Assembly (NCBI GenBank): GCA_037379345.1
Contig: CM074516.1
Coordinates: 24,800,001-24,864,000, forward strand
Source of the DNA: Perna viridis
Lineage: Eukaryota
Direction: 5' to 3'
DNA length: 64,000 bases
Below the pieces are notes generated by a model, which had not been told where the DNA came from, did not search any database, and saw nothing but the letters and a program-made list of their open reading frames with translations. Shown here one piece after another: positions 25,201 to 38,046 of the stretch. Both the position numbers and the translations under genes were made by a program. Each line of letters opens with the position of its first letter. The stretch's first letter is position 1.

Positions 25201-28200
25201 TTAACCTGATGACTATTCGTATTTTTTGCCTTCAAATTTTTCAGCAAAAAATGCCCAGAACTTAAGAATCATAAGTGTAAATACAACAAAATGAAGCATG
25301 ACTTGCATTTACTATCCTTAACATTCTTTTTCTACAGTATGAAAAGTTTCGGTATTAAGGTTCTTTAATTACTATCAAGAAACAAAAAGGTGATAGAAGC
25401 ACTAATTGATGGATAGACCTGAGGGTGAATAAAATGAAACCTGTCTAAACTGAATCCTGAATAATCTAACAACCTAAAGTAAACATTTTTTAAGGTTCAT
25501 TTACTTCATTTAAAATGTATTTTGAATCTTGGTAGAACCCAGCAGAATCTGAAAACCTGTCTGAAGTTCTAAACTAAACATTAGTAAAGATTCATTAATA
25601 TCAATTGGTGAACCAAGTATCTGTCTTGAGTGAACAAAGTCCATCAGCCGTTTAGGTTGACCTGTACCAAATATTGTGACGTCCCACCCTTTATTGCACC
25701 CAAGTATCACCATATGGCTAATCTATCATACCCCTTTGTCATAAACCTACTTGGAATTCTCTAAAGTTTCATTGCTGTGTCTCTCTGACAGTTTGTATAC
25801 TACAATACTCTCCTACTTAAATGCAAGATAAAGTATATAATATTGGCAAAATTTGTATTGCATACCATATCACCCTCGACCAATATCAGACCTCAGGATG
25901 ATACAGAATATGATACAGATGTTACCATGTATTATTCTCATTTATACATTTTGATATGACATGAGATCTAAATAATATCTTTAAAAATGTAACTGGGTTG
26001 TGTTTACATAGACTGGAAGTCATAATATGAAATTTTTATCAATATTACCTGTTTAACTAAATTTCTTTTTGACAACTTGGACATTGTGTCAACAATACTA
26101 CATATCTTTATGAACATGGAGCATAAATCTACAATGACGATGATTAAAAAAAATATAATTTCAACTTCTACAACCTCCTACAAATTCTTTGTTACTTTCT
26201 CAACAGATATTTACTTTAGAAAGGAATGTGGTACCCCCAATGATGGATTCCCCATCCTTGCATGGAAAAAGTCCTTAACTTACCACTGTACAACCCGTTC
26301 CAAGTTTGTTGATACATCCTACATTATCTGTACTGTGGTGAGCTGTGTTCTGTGTATAACCTGCACCAAGTGTTATAGATTTAACCTAGCAACAGAAGAC
26401 CATGATTTTACTTACATATTGCATAATAGTGCAGCAAGAAAGATCTCCTTGCTGAATTTGAACATTTTAAAATTTATCAATTTTGCATTTTACTACAGTT
26501 AGAAAGAGTAATAGATTTACTATCTAATACTAGAAACATGACTGTAACAAAAAATCTGACTGATTGATATATAATGGTTAAATATACTATGGCAGATATT
26601 TCATGCATTTCAGGTTGATAACGATTTACCAATTGAACAAATTCTGCTTTGTACTAGCTTGACTTGCTGAACCAGATTAAAAAAAATTATGCAAAGCCAA
26701 AGTAATTTACAGATGGATGAAAGACAAGACTCAGACACTTAAATGTACATGTAATTGTTTGAGCAGTGTATATAGTTGAAAATTCAAAGAAATAAGTAAC
26801 TGTCAGATGATTTTCACAGAATTTTTGGTCTACCTTAAATTCATCAGACCTTCTGTTCCCACAGTTTCCATAATAGACCTTCCTCAGTACTTGAACGGCT
26901 TCCCTCTCTCTATTCATCTAAAATGATAATAAACATGTATGGAATACAAGGAAACTTGATTACACTGTGTTCATTCAAATATGCACACACAAGGATCTTA
27001 CTGAAGTCACTCATAACCATAATTTATTTGCAGAAGAAATCTTCAATACATCATCTACTTGGAATTGAGACAGTTTTAGAGGTTAGAAAAGCATTATCAC
27101 AAGCATTACAACAAGCTTGATTAGGAATGAAAGGATGCTGGTGATATCTTTTATCAAGACCTCAAATATATATATTTTTTGTCTATAGAATAAACTATAT
27201 GACATACTAAGAATGCCGCTGACACTTGTCGGTATTTTTCCAGAAACAGCGAATCTTTAGTTACAAAATATCAGGAATAGAGTAAAAAGTTCAATAACTA
27301 CAAATTTAACAGAAAAGTTACAAGTCACTCTTTTGATAGTGAAGATTTTTTTTTCAAATTTGACTGAAGGAAAAATGATTTCTGAATCTTAAAATGTAAA
27401 GATATAGGAAATATGAAATGGTAAAAAAATATTGGTGGAAAATAAATCACCTCCAAGTGATTGTTTTAAAAACTTACTGTAAGTAGATACTTTGGACTTT
27501 CTGGCATGGGGTATGAAACAACTTACTGTAAGTAGATACTTTGGACTTTCTGGCATGGGACATGAAACAAGTTACTGTAAGTAGATACTTTGGACTTTCT
27601 GGCATGGGATATGAAACAACTTACTGTAAGTAGATACTTTGGACTTTCTGGCATGAATATGAAACACAAGGCTGAGGTTAAACTAGGTATAGCACACAAA
27701 GCTACAAATATCCTCCAACTGTGGTATTTAAAGTTTGATGATTTGTAACCAATATCTTGTGGAATGACAATCCAAGCTAAACCTGTAAATATAAAAGTGA
27801 ATATATATCTAAAGTAAACAAGATGTTGCATTCCATGTCATGCTAAGAATACTTCCACTCAACCGTTTCAGTTAGAAAAGGGAGAAACAGTACGATTCCT
27901 AATGCAGAAGACATACCAAATATGTAAGCATTCCCTGTACTTCCACACAACCGTTTCAGTTAGGAAAGGGAGAAACAGTAGGATTCCTCATGCAGAAGAC
28001 ATACCAAATACATAAACATTCCCTGCAAAAGAAGCTTAATAATCTGTTACGAAAATGTCCTTTATTTGACTTCTACTTCCTGTTTCCTGAAAAAGTAGGG
28101 GTATCACAAGTGAGCCTTTGGTCTGAGGTTTCTCTGCTCACTTGTGATACCCCCACTTTTCAGCAAACAGGAAGTAGAAGTCAAATGAGTATGAAAAAGC

Positions 28201-31200
28201 ATTCCATGATTCAGTATACCCATATGAAGCTTTGAATAAGATATTAACAGCATGTGATTTACACAAGCTAAGAAATCTGTTACGAAAATTTTACTATACA
28301 CCCCCTAAAAATGAAACTCCTTAAACAAATGATTACAGACTTACCAGCAGCAATGATGTTGCCACACATCCAAAATGTGGCTAGAGCACTGATCATCATC
28401 CCTCTTCTGTCTTTGGGTTGAAACTCAGTAAAGTAAGAAAATATCACAGGTATGCTTCCTCCAACACTGAAATAATAATGGCATGGGAAAAATATGAAAT
28501 ATTTGTTCTTAAGCAAGATGTCTTTGTGTAATATCATTATCATGTAATTACAGGGTATGTCTGCTTTTAAAATAATGAATAAAAATTTTCTGGTTTTTGG
28601 AGCCTTAAATGTTCTAAAAAGTGGAAATCATATCACATTAGAAAGAGAAACTAGTTTAAACACTACGCTTTTACACAAGTTTGTTGAGTCTTAAGATCAT
28701 GAATTTCATTACAGAGTCTCAATTTCTAACTGCAGTTTTGTATAACATATGGATAATTTGTTAAGTACATAGTTTGACAGAACCACAAGGACTGTGAAAA
28801 TGGTTACCCTGTAAACAATAATACCATACAAAGGTAATTTTCTGGGGTGCTAGTTTTGGAATATTTTCGAAGTCTGTCTTAAAAATGCCCAAAAAAAATG
28901 AAATATTAACTCTGGGCTATAGTACTTTGAGCATCACTATGCATCCACAAAAATAAGAAATGCCATAATTTTTGTACACCATTTTGACAAAAAATTGCCA
29001 CATTTTACACTGACCAAAATAACCCAAAATACGGTATTTCAAAAGTTTTTTACACTGTAGCACTTACCCTATTCCACTGCAGAATCTACATAATAAGAAA
29101 GCCCAAAAAGATTGCACTACACTGGAGAGCAGAACGCCAACACCATTCACTGTTAATGACCACATCAATACTGTTCTTCTACCTTGATGGTCAGCTAAAG
29201 ATCCCCAGAAATATCCCCCTAAAAGCATGCCTGAAAAATAAACATAAACAATTTACTTAGAGGACTGGTAAATAATAAAAAAAAAAATGTTAAAAGTGTA
29301 ATATCCATTACAAGGAAAGATGTCACAATGTTACTTCCTATAATTCTATTATGACATCATAAAGTAGGATGCTTCCCTTGCTCAATACCAAATCCCTTAC
29401 AAAATTTGAAAATCCACATTTAAAGTTTCCCACCATTTAATTTCTTAATTTTTTTTCTGTGGAAATTGTAGGACATATTTCAGCAAAATATATTTAAAAT
29501 ATCTTCTGGTGCAATTACTTCGAAGTTGTGGTCAGTAATTTGCTAGACTGACTACACTTCAATCATTCTCTACAACTAGACTCGTGTCAGTCTGTGTAAG
29601 AATCTGACAAGGGAATGTTCATACCAAGGTTATAGCGGTAATCAAAAGAATGTAATCCAGGGACGAAGACCAGACATGGAAAACAGACATACACAACAAA
29701 GAACATAAAGTAACTAAAATCATACATACAAAGTAACAAAAGTAAATGAGTAACTCGGACTCCACCAAAAACTGGGAGCATGGACCAGGTGCACCGGTAG
29801 GGTAAGCGTCCTCTGCTTTTCTAGAAACACCCGCTGAGTTGCTCATAAAAAGTCAAGTCCGGGGTAGACAAACGAGGAAAGGAAAACTACGACCCATTGA
29901 ACACTTACACCTTGAGTTTAGGCAATTACCTATAAAAACAATGGCATTCAGCCATCCTTTGTCCCCAGATGACAGACTTAGATCACATGTAGCTGCCGGT
30001 AACAGGAACGACACCGAGAGAACCTCTATTGCATCGCTAGATACAGCCCATCCACACAGAGCCAGTACTTTCCAATGAAATTTTCCATAACCTAATACGA
30101 AAAAAAAAAATAAAAATAATGGTATTTCATTAGGAATGGGCAAGGATTGTAGTGGTATGGGTGGTAGTTTGGATTAAGCTTAATCAGCCTCTTTGACTGA
30201 AACAGAAAATTACAATCAAATGCACAAATACATGTACATGTAACTGTCATGAGTTATTCAAGATTTTGAATGTTCTAGGCTGGGTGTCACAAAAAATACT
30301 AAAATCTGAAAATAATCTTAACTCCCTTGAAAACTCAAACCAAAGTCTTGGGATTTGAAAGATGTCACAAACAGCTAAGAATATTTTCAGACCTAAGTAA
30401 GCTTTAAAGTTGTGTGGCACTGATGCAAGTATTCATTTTGGACAAATTGAGAGTTTTTTTTAAATATGTAATTGGTTTGAATAATAATGTTCACAATGTT
30501 CCCAGGGTCTTTTAGATATTTAATTAACATATGATCAATGTAGAACTTCACTATAAGTAGGACAAAGTGGATTTGAAGTGATCATTAAATATCATTCAAA
30601 TTTTCAAATTGATTACAGGACATGACTTAATGTTATGCATGAGCCACTAGATTTTTATGTTTTGATGCCCTTTTTTGGTGAATTTCAGAATTTTAAGGAT
30701 TAGCATATACCTGTTTGTTTCAAAGCATCTTCATAAGTCACATACTCTTGGTCTGCTTCATTCTGGCCATCTGAAAATTAGAAATTTAGCATGGTACATG
30801 TCCATGTAGCTTTGACACTTTTCACACAATTGTCACTAATGACTATTAGACATTAAGAGATTTGCAGAACCAAGGAATAAACTTATGTCTACATATAATG
30901 TTTATGTTCCTTAAAAGTTTGAAAAAAAAAACACTGATCCATATTACAGGAGATAGCTTACTAACAGTAATTCTAATGCCAAACTCATCAAAATCTATAT
31001 AGTCAGATATACAAATGATTCCCACCTGGACCAAACCATGCTGGAGTGTAGAGGGAATATAAGCAGATCACTCATCAACTAACTCACTCACATATAATTT
31101 TCAAGTCAATAATTATTACTATGCTGAAAAAAATCCATTTAGGTTAAACTAAATAACAAGAATAAAGTTGATATTTATTTACTTTTTCAATGGAAACAAA

Positions 31201-31289
31201 ATAACGTTTTATCACTAACCAGAATTATCACAACCAAATGATGCCTCTATAGATCCATAGTCGTCACTTAAAATGTCAAGTTTTTCCAT
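22273..31289 (-). CDS. SV2-like (synaptic vesicle glycoprotein 2 / SVOP family) MFS transporter, ~527 aa
   Basis: Twelve phase-compatible exons: 31289-31220 (tentative first), 30770-30711, 30091-29930, 29230-29068, 28466-28345, 27782-27625, 26917-26834, 26385-26284, 25163-25075, 24506-24277, 23675-23516, 22456-22273 (sum 1584 nt). Motifs TYEDALKQTGYGKFH, WGSLADHQGRR, SYFTEFQP, SWRIF, MPESPKYL, YYGLWMWFP, DRIGRR, ELFPTPLRSTAFG. Confidence 0.92.
23739..24026 (+). mobile_element. Interspersed ~290-bp SINE-like repeat, copy B
   Basis: Same family as 1-201; lies in an SV2-like intron, antisense to the gene. Confidence 0.8.
27471..27666 (-). repeat. Four tandem 49-bp copies of an exon end plus splice donor
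   Basis: Units start at 27471, 27520, 27569 and 27618; minus-strand unit TGTTTCATATCCCATGCCAGAAAGTCCAAAGTATCTACTTACA|GTAAGT. Confidence 0.95.
27851..28025. repeat. Tandem duplication, 88-bp unit x2
   Basis: ACTTCCAC...AACCGTTTCAGTTAG...GCAGAAGACATACCAAATA...CATTCCCTG at 27851 and 27939. Confidence 0.85.
28064..28186. repeat. Foldback with ~50-bp arms
   Basis: ATTTGACTTCTACTTCCTGTTT...GGGGTATCACAAGTGAGC pairs with GCTCACTTGTGATACCCC...AAACAGGAAGTAGAAGTCAAAT. Confidence 0.85.
29608..29901 (-). mobile_element. Interspersed ~290-bp SINE-like repeat, copy C
   Basis: Reverse complement of the family at 1-201 and 23739-24026; begins ~28 nt inside an SV2-like intron. Confidence 0.85.
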
Positions 31290-31463
31290 CAGCAAATAAC
31301 TTCACTGACACTTAAAGTTGTAAATAAACATTACAACATGTTGCACATGAATAGATTTATAGAAGAAGTTATCTATCCATATCATAATATGCCTTACTTT
31401 ACTGGAACACATATGTGACCCAATGTTAACAAAAAATTAAATGACATCATTATATATAATTAG

Positions 31464-31594
31464 TGTATATTACAGAAACATATAGAAAGTATTTGTATGA
31501 GGCTAAGGAAGGGGAAGTAACTGCGAGGCTCTGTCGAGCAGTTATTCCCTTCCGAGCCTCATACAAATAGTTTCTATATATTTTCTGTAATACA
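31464..31594. repeat. ~130-bp imperfect palindrome (MITE-like)
   Basis: TATTACAGAAA-TATAGAAA-TATTTGTATGAGGCT-GGAAGGG-TAACTGC mirrored by GCAGTTA-CCCTTCC-AGCCTCATACAAATA-TTTCTATA-TTTCTGTAATA. Confidence 0.85.
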
Positions 31595-31706
31595 TCGATA
31601 TTGTGTTTATTCTGCAATAAGTCAATTTTGATGGTTTTGTGTTGTTAAGAGTATTTAATTCAAAAGTAGGAACCTGTCGTGGGCCCCAAGCATTTGCCTT
31701 TCATTG

Positions 31707-31999
31707 AAAAAGTAATCAAGGGAACCAAGGTTTTAGCGGTAATCAAAACAATGTAATCCAGGGACAAAGACCAGACATGGAAAACAGACATACACAACAA
31801 AGAACATAAAGTAACCAAAATATACATACAAAGTAACAAATGCAAATAAACAACTCGGACTCCACTAAAAACTGGGAGCATGGACCAGGTGCACCGGTAG
31901 GGTAAGCGTCCTCTGCTTTTCTAGAAACACCCCGAGTTGCTCATAAAAAGTCAAGTCCGGGGTAGACAAACGAGGAAAGGAAAACTATAACCCATTGAA
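31707..31999 (-). mobile_element. Interspersed ~290-bp SINE-like repeat, copy D
   Basis: Highly similar to copy C over its full length. Confidence 0.85.
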
Positions 32000-33970
32000 T
32001 AAAAAATCAGTTTTCATGGTGCAGATGGATACACCATAACCCAGCGTCAAAAAGTAGTTCTGATAGATGGACATTTTTTGACAAAATATTGTAAATTGTA
32101 ACTTTTACTTTTAAATGAGTCATAAACATAAGATATATATTCAAAATTAAACAACAATTTCCGTCATTTAACATGTTTTTCGATGTGAAATAAATTCTTC
32201 CGTTACCTACTTTCACTTTTGACAAAATTATTGATTTGTTGGATTGTGTGTGTACACATTCAAAGTGGCAATGTTCAAAGTTGCGCCGTAAAACATTGAA
32301 TTGACATGGCTAGAAATGTTTTTTTGGGAGAAGGATGGTACAATGTCTTCGGAACGCTGTGACTGACAGATTGACAGAGGAGATTTGACGGGACGCTTGA
32401 TTGTGATGGTGGGCGCAGCTTAATTGCTTTATTTAAGAATTGGCTATTAAAAAATTTTTGTCTATTGAAAAATAAAAATTCCATGTGCATATTGTTTATT
32501 GCGAAAAGACAAATTTTTTTATCATAGCCAATTCTTAGAAATTAATTTTAAAACATATCTTTATCTTAAAACCTGAAAAAGTAGCTCTGAATTTAACTGA
32601 ACAGGGGTGTGTCAATAATTTTTTATCCATTGAGATATAACAAAATTATTTTAACCAATCAGATTACAGTATTTATCTCAAATTAATTTATTAGCTACTA
32701 TACAAACAAAGCAAAAAATTTTTGACACCCGATATTTGCCCTTTAATGAACTCATTGTAGAATAAAAGCGTGCCATACATATACATGTACACACCGTCAC
32801 ATGTACTGAAAAACGTATAGATGTATTTTCATTGGACATTGATTCTACTGGACTAATTACACTGTATCAACAAATAAAAAAATTAGTTCTTTTTAAAGAA
32901 ACCATAAAAAACCATAATAAAGAAATTGTTTGATAACATATTAAATTCAACAAATCTTTTCAGTTTGGATATGTTATATTTGACCAAAATGCATTAATAG
33001 AGTATATTTCCCCCCTATAACATTCCCAAACCCGCACACGAAACATACACACGATTCCAAAAGACTTACTGCTTCTATATAACCCCTACCTCCTTGTTTT
33101 CAAGAAATTAACACTTGAGTGACTAAAGAGGCAAGTGGTATATGATTTCATGAATTATTTTGCTTGGCCTGGAGAAGTGGGAAGATGAAGGGTTTCCAAC
33201 AATAAACCAATATCCAAACTGAGATATTTTTTTCCATGGGCAGGTTTACATTTATCATAGGCGATTGGGAAGAACAGGGGCCAGCTGGAGCCTGCCTATG
33301 GTATGAAGGGTTTCCCTGTCGTTCATTGAAGACCAAAAGGTAGCCTTTGGCTGATATTTTCATCTGTGTGGGGTTGTTGTCTCTTTGACACATACACCAT
33401 ATCTATTCTCATTACAGTATATTGTATGTCATGTTCAAATGTATTGATACACTAACACTGCATAAAGCAGGTACATATGTACCTTCTTGGTTAGAAATCA
33501 GTGGATCATATTCATCAGATCTCTGCATGTCGATATGGCCTTCCATTACAATTACCTAAAATAAATGAAATAGAAATGATTTTTATATGCAGTTACATGT
33601 ATCATGTCTCATATAACTGTTTACACAAATACAATTATTATAACACAACTTTACTATGTACAAACAGACTACATTTGGATACATGTATTAGTTCTATACA
33701 TTAACCTAAGAGTCATGCTAAATGTGATTTCATTTTAGTCAACTCTATCAGTAATGTGAATGAATCCAGTATATCCCATTAGTAATTTGAGAACTATGAT
33801 AATAAAATAAATGACGGAGGAAGGAAAGTTGAGAATAATAAACTGGCTGTATAGTAAAAAGTAATGATGATGAAGGAATATATTTTTCAATAGAATTTAA
33901 CTAAACTGTTTTGAAAGACTCCATTCCATTTGAGGATGTTAAGTAAACTAACTTTTCACCTATATATCAC

Positions 33971-34958
33971 TTTTTAGCTCACCTGTGTTCTTCAAACATT
34001 TTCTCCTCTGAAACTACTAAATGGATTTGGATTAAATTTAACATGATTTTTCCTTAGAGTATCCTGCACAAATCAGTCAAAAAACATGGCTGCTGTTACT
34101 AAAAATAGAACATAGGGATCAGACAGCAGATTTTTGCATATACCTCCAAAACCGTTAGGGTTAACCAAATTCTGACATGAGGTACAAGTATTCAGCATGA
34201 TGAGATATATCTGTGGTCAAATTTTGGTCAAAATCTGTTAACTTATGTTGGATTTATTGCCCTTTTTGGAAGTTTTTTTTATGTTTTTAATTTCAAAACT
34301 CTTCTCCTCAGAAACACTATACAGAATTCAGTGAAATTTGGTATTTTTGTTTTTTTTTTAAAATCCTGCACAAAATGACCGTATGGATCTGATTGTTAAA
34401 AAACATGGGCGCCATTACTAAAAATAGTATATAGGGGTCAGACATTAGTTTTTTTTTGCATAAATCTCCAAAACTGTAAGGTTTAGCCAATTTCTTTCAA
34501 TTGCTGATATGATCCTTATCATAAGGCCTACAAAAGTCTGCAAAGGATCAAAGTTGTCAGTCGACTCCATGTAAAAGTTATTGCCCTTGAGAGGTGAAAA
34601 ATGACTTTTTTTTTTACTATGAGAGATAGAATGAAACTTTAAGTTGTTGAAATGATTCTTATTATGAGGCCTACAAAAGTTTCAAGGGAGCAAAGTTGTC
34701 TGACGACTCCATGCATGAGTTGTTGCCCTTGAAAGGTAAAAAAAATTACGTTTTTAGCAGTTTTCTGTCAATATCTTGAAAACTATAGTTGATAAAATGA
34801 AACTTTCAGTTGATGAAATGATCCTAAAGATAAGTCCTACTAAAGTCTTCATGAAGTCAAAATTGTTGGACAACTCCTTGTTAGAGTTATTGTCCTTGAA
34901 AATGAAAGGCAAACATTTTACCAGGTGAGCGATTAAGACTCCTGGGAGATTCTTGTTT
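33971..34958 (+). mobile_element. Helentron-type non-autonomous element (HINE-like) with internal tandem repeats
   Basis: 5' TTTTTAGCTCACCTG, 3' subterminal inverted copy CAGGTGAGC (34922-34930), then short hairpin CTCC-TG-GGAG and TCTTGTTT; internally two long diverged repeats plus three ~150-bp repeats (near 34509, 34651, 34818). Confidence 0.7.
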
Positions 34959-36137
34959 ATCTTATTTGCGTGAACCTTAAGTGAACTTGTATTTAAACAG
35001 GTTTCTGACTGTGAATGCGCACGATCATTTAACTCATCTATTAACTACATTTCATTAAGATTTTGAGATACACAAGGTACATGTACATGCAAAAAAATAA
35101 AAATGTAAAAATAGGACAATACAGTACAGGTAGTCTTATAATGATAATTGTCCGAATCCGTCATTATGTCCGTCCTGTCGGTCAATTAAGGGTAATAAAT
35201 ATCTGTAATTTTCATTGCCCTGTTTCCTGCCGTGGGGAGGTCGTAGATATGTACTTGGCTGATCACTAGTGGTAAATAAATCTTACCTGTTTACTTCTGA
35301 TTTTGGTTAATTTAATCCAGTTGTGAATAGTTTTTAAATCAATAAATCTTAACATAAATGTTTACATAAAGCATATGTATGCATTTTGGGTTTTTTCTTG
35401 GCTCAAAATACATAATGTCTATCTAATTATTATTTTTTTTAAATAAATACATGTAGAACATCCGATGATATAATGAAACTACGATGTATTGTTTGTAAAC
35501 TTTAAATTACTTCCCCATTGCTATAAATAGACTGAAATGCACACGAGAAGTATATCATTACGTTTTTTATTCTATCTATTAGGGTATACTTACAGACTTA
35601 GGCACAGTCGTCACTGGCGAATTATAGGATATTATTATGTAAGAAAATAATATTGTATAATTGCCGTGACAAAGGAGGAAGAATACAGAAACAAATGTTG
35701 TATAATCAAAATAAAATGTTTAAGAATTGTGTTTGTTAAATGAATAGCTAGACCTCTGCAGACGACGGACAGTTTACATACAGTAGCCACCTTTTTTTCA
35801 AGGGTATTACTAAAATACTAAAATGCAGTTATTTCAAAAATAAATGAGGAAAAATATCGATTTTTTTTATACTATGAGCATGTAAATCTACTAGTACAAG
35901 TTATTAAATATTATATGTTCAACCTGCAAGTGTTTCAATAGATATTTTAAAGACAAGGTGATGAGAATGAAACTAAAAACATGTTCTATTAAATTTTGGT
36001 AAAGCTACCCAATAGAGTGATAGAGACTGCCAGGAAGAAATACGGGCCCCGCATATGAATAGGAGCTGAATTATCTTTAATGTACACAAATTAAGAATCT
36101 TTTTGAAAAATATAATTAAAAGGGCTGTTTTGTTGCT

Positions 36138-37279
36138 TCATTTGGTCAGCTTTAGATTGGCAACTTGGAGTTGGTATTCCGGAGTTTTCAGCTTATTGTT
36201 GAAATACAGAAGGGACTTGCAGCTGGATCGTTCGGGAAAAATCTATTAGGGTAGATCGCCGGTAGCTCGTCCGTTTACAAGCGCTGCTATTGGTAAGACT
36301 TTGTAAATATGGTCTATGAAATTGTTGCACAGGGCTATGGTCATGTCTTCTTTCCAAAAGGACTCGATGCCGTTGATCAGATCTTCTTTCGTCTTTGGCT
36401 CTTTTTTGGATAGTCTTGACTTCATCATTGCCCAAACCATTTCAATCGGGTTGAAATCCGGATTTTCTGCGGGCCAAACTTTCCACCAGTTGATGTTCTG
36501 TTGTTCCATGAAGTCCTCGGTTGCGTTTGCAGTATGCTTAGGATCATTATCCTGTAGCAGGCAATGACTGTCAGGGTACACGCAGTTGAACGGTATCAAC
36601 CCAGGTTTCAGAACTGAATCTATGTAAAAGGCTGCTTTTTTTTGCTAATATTTTCAAAGGTGAAAATTCTTGTGGTTCCACGTCGGCTTATACCGGCCCA
36701 AACAAGCACTTTTAACGGGTGTTTTGGTTTTGATAGAACAGGAGCAACCGAATCTTTCTCTCAGTAGATGATGATCTTGTTGTCATGTAGCTGTACGGAG
36801 CATTCGTCAGTGAATATGACTTTATTGAAATTGTCGTTGTCGGATATTACTGTTTTGGCAAACTGGACGCGTTTGAGTTTATTTGGTTCCCAAACCATAT
36901 CTATGTGATGAAGCTGTATAACCAGCTGCGCTAATTGCCTTATTAACGGTTGATTTGCTGGTATGTGAACCTTTGTCTGATAGCAAACGCTAAATATCGG
37001 ATGATGTTTGTGTTGGGTTTTCTTTCAATGTATTCTTTACAATTGATGTCGTAGTCGGTCCAGTGTGTGCAAGTTTGCAACTTTTTTCTCTTGCAAGTTT
37101 TCGTAGCCTATCTTGCCGGTCTGGTACCTTTTGAAGACATGCTTAACTGTACTCCATGTTACGTCAACACCACGGCAGCTTATAATTAACTTATTGACGA
37201 CAGAATGAACTGGCCAACTCTGTCTGTACAACGCGATTATTTCTAGGTTGTCTTGATGCGAAAGCTTAAACTTCGGCAT
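36138..37279 (-). pseudogene. IS630/Tc1/mariner-superfamily transposase, DD35E spacing, frameshifted with stops
   Basis: Reconstructed pieces: HTH-like MPKFKLSHQDNLEIIALYRQ...WSTVKHVFKRY; KENPTQTSSDI*RLL...SKSTVNKAI; KRVQFAK...VIFTDECSVQL; KPKHPLKVLVWAGISRRG; LLQDNDPKHT...WPAENPDFNPIEMVW (35 residues between D and E); KEDLINGIESFW. Confidence 0.92.
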
Positions 37280-38046
37280 GGTTGTAATATAACGATATCG
37301 AACTATACTGATGAATAAAATCTAAACCCCGTTTATATTCAAACCTAAGTAATGGCATGTATATTATAAAATGTGACGTGTGTTATACTTAAAAGCGATT
37401 GTTGCCGCCCTGTCGGGACAACACCTGTGGTCCATAGATTGATAATACCAATATACGTATAGTACTGAAATGTACATTTTTGTATACTGTCAAATACATT
37501 ATTTGTTTATTCACAAAGAAATAAAATCGAAATACAAGACTTATTTTATTTCTTTTAAAGTACGTTAAATACTTAACTGTAACATGTTATTGTGGTTGAA
37601 AGACAAATGCTCTTTTTTAAAATTTATTGCTTAATTTTAAAAAAATGTACATGTATTTCTTAAATTAATTATTTATGATTACTAAGCTATGTTAAATTGT
37701 CGATATTGCTAATTTTAAAAGTTGCATATAATATCAGGTAATTTCTCCGGTGAGATTATATTAATTAATTACTAAATTATGGACGCTCTCGTTCAGAGGT
37801 TAAAAGATATAATTTACTTTGTTGTTCTTTGATTTACGTCATTAGACCTGTGATGTTTCTGGCTTGTTGTTTTTACCGTAGATAATTTAATTAATAATAT
37901 TTCTAAGCTTGTTGAAGATAATATGATAAAAACATCTACAATTACATCAATGATATCTTCAAAAGATTTTTAATTATATTGAACTGTTTTTAATTACTGG
38001 TCACGTTCGTATAAAAAAGCCCCAAATTTCATACATAGTATTAACA

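Noticed and set aside
21184-27666. Both tandem arrays have a 49-bp period
   Set aside because: The sequences are unrelated and the second derives from a 48-nt exon/donor unit plus one base; treated as coincidence.
29587-29846. Recurrent hydrophobic ORFs (LLLLCMYDFSY...) at 62, 29587, 29619 and 31660
   Set aside because: Chance translations of the same interspersed repeat; frames and ends differ between copies.
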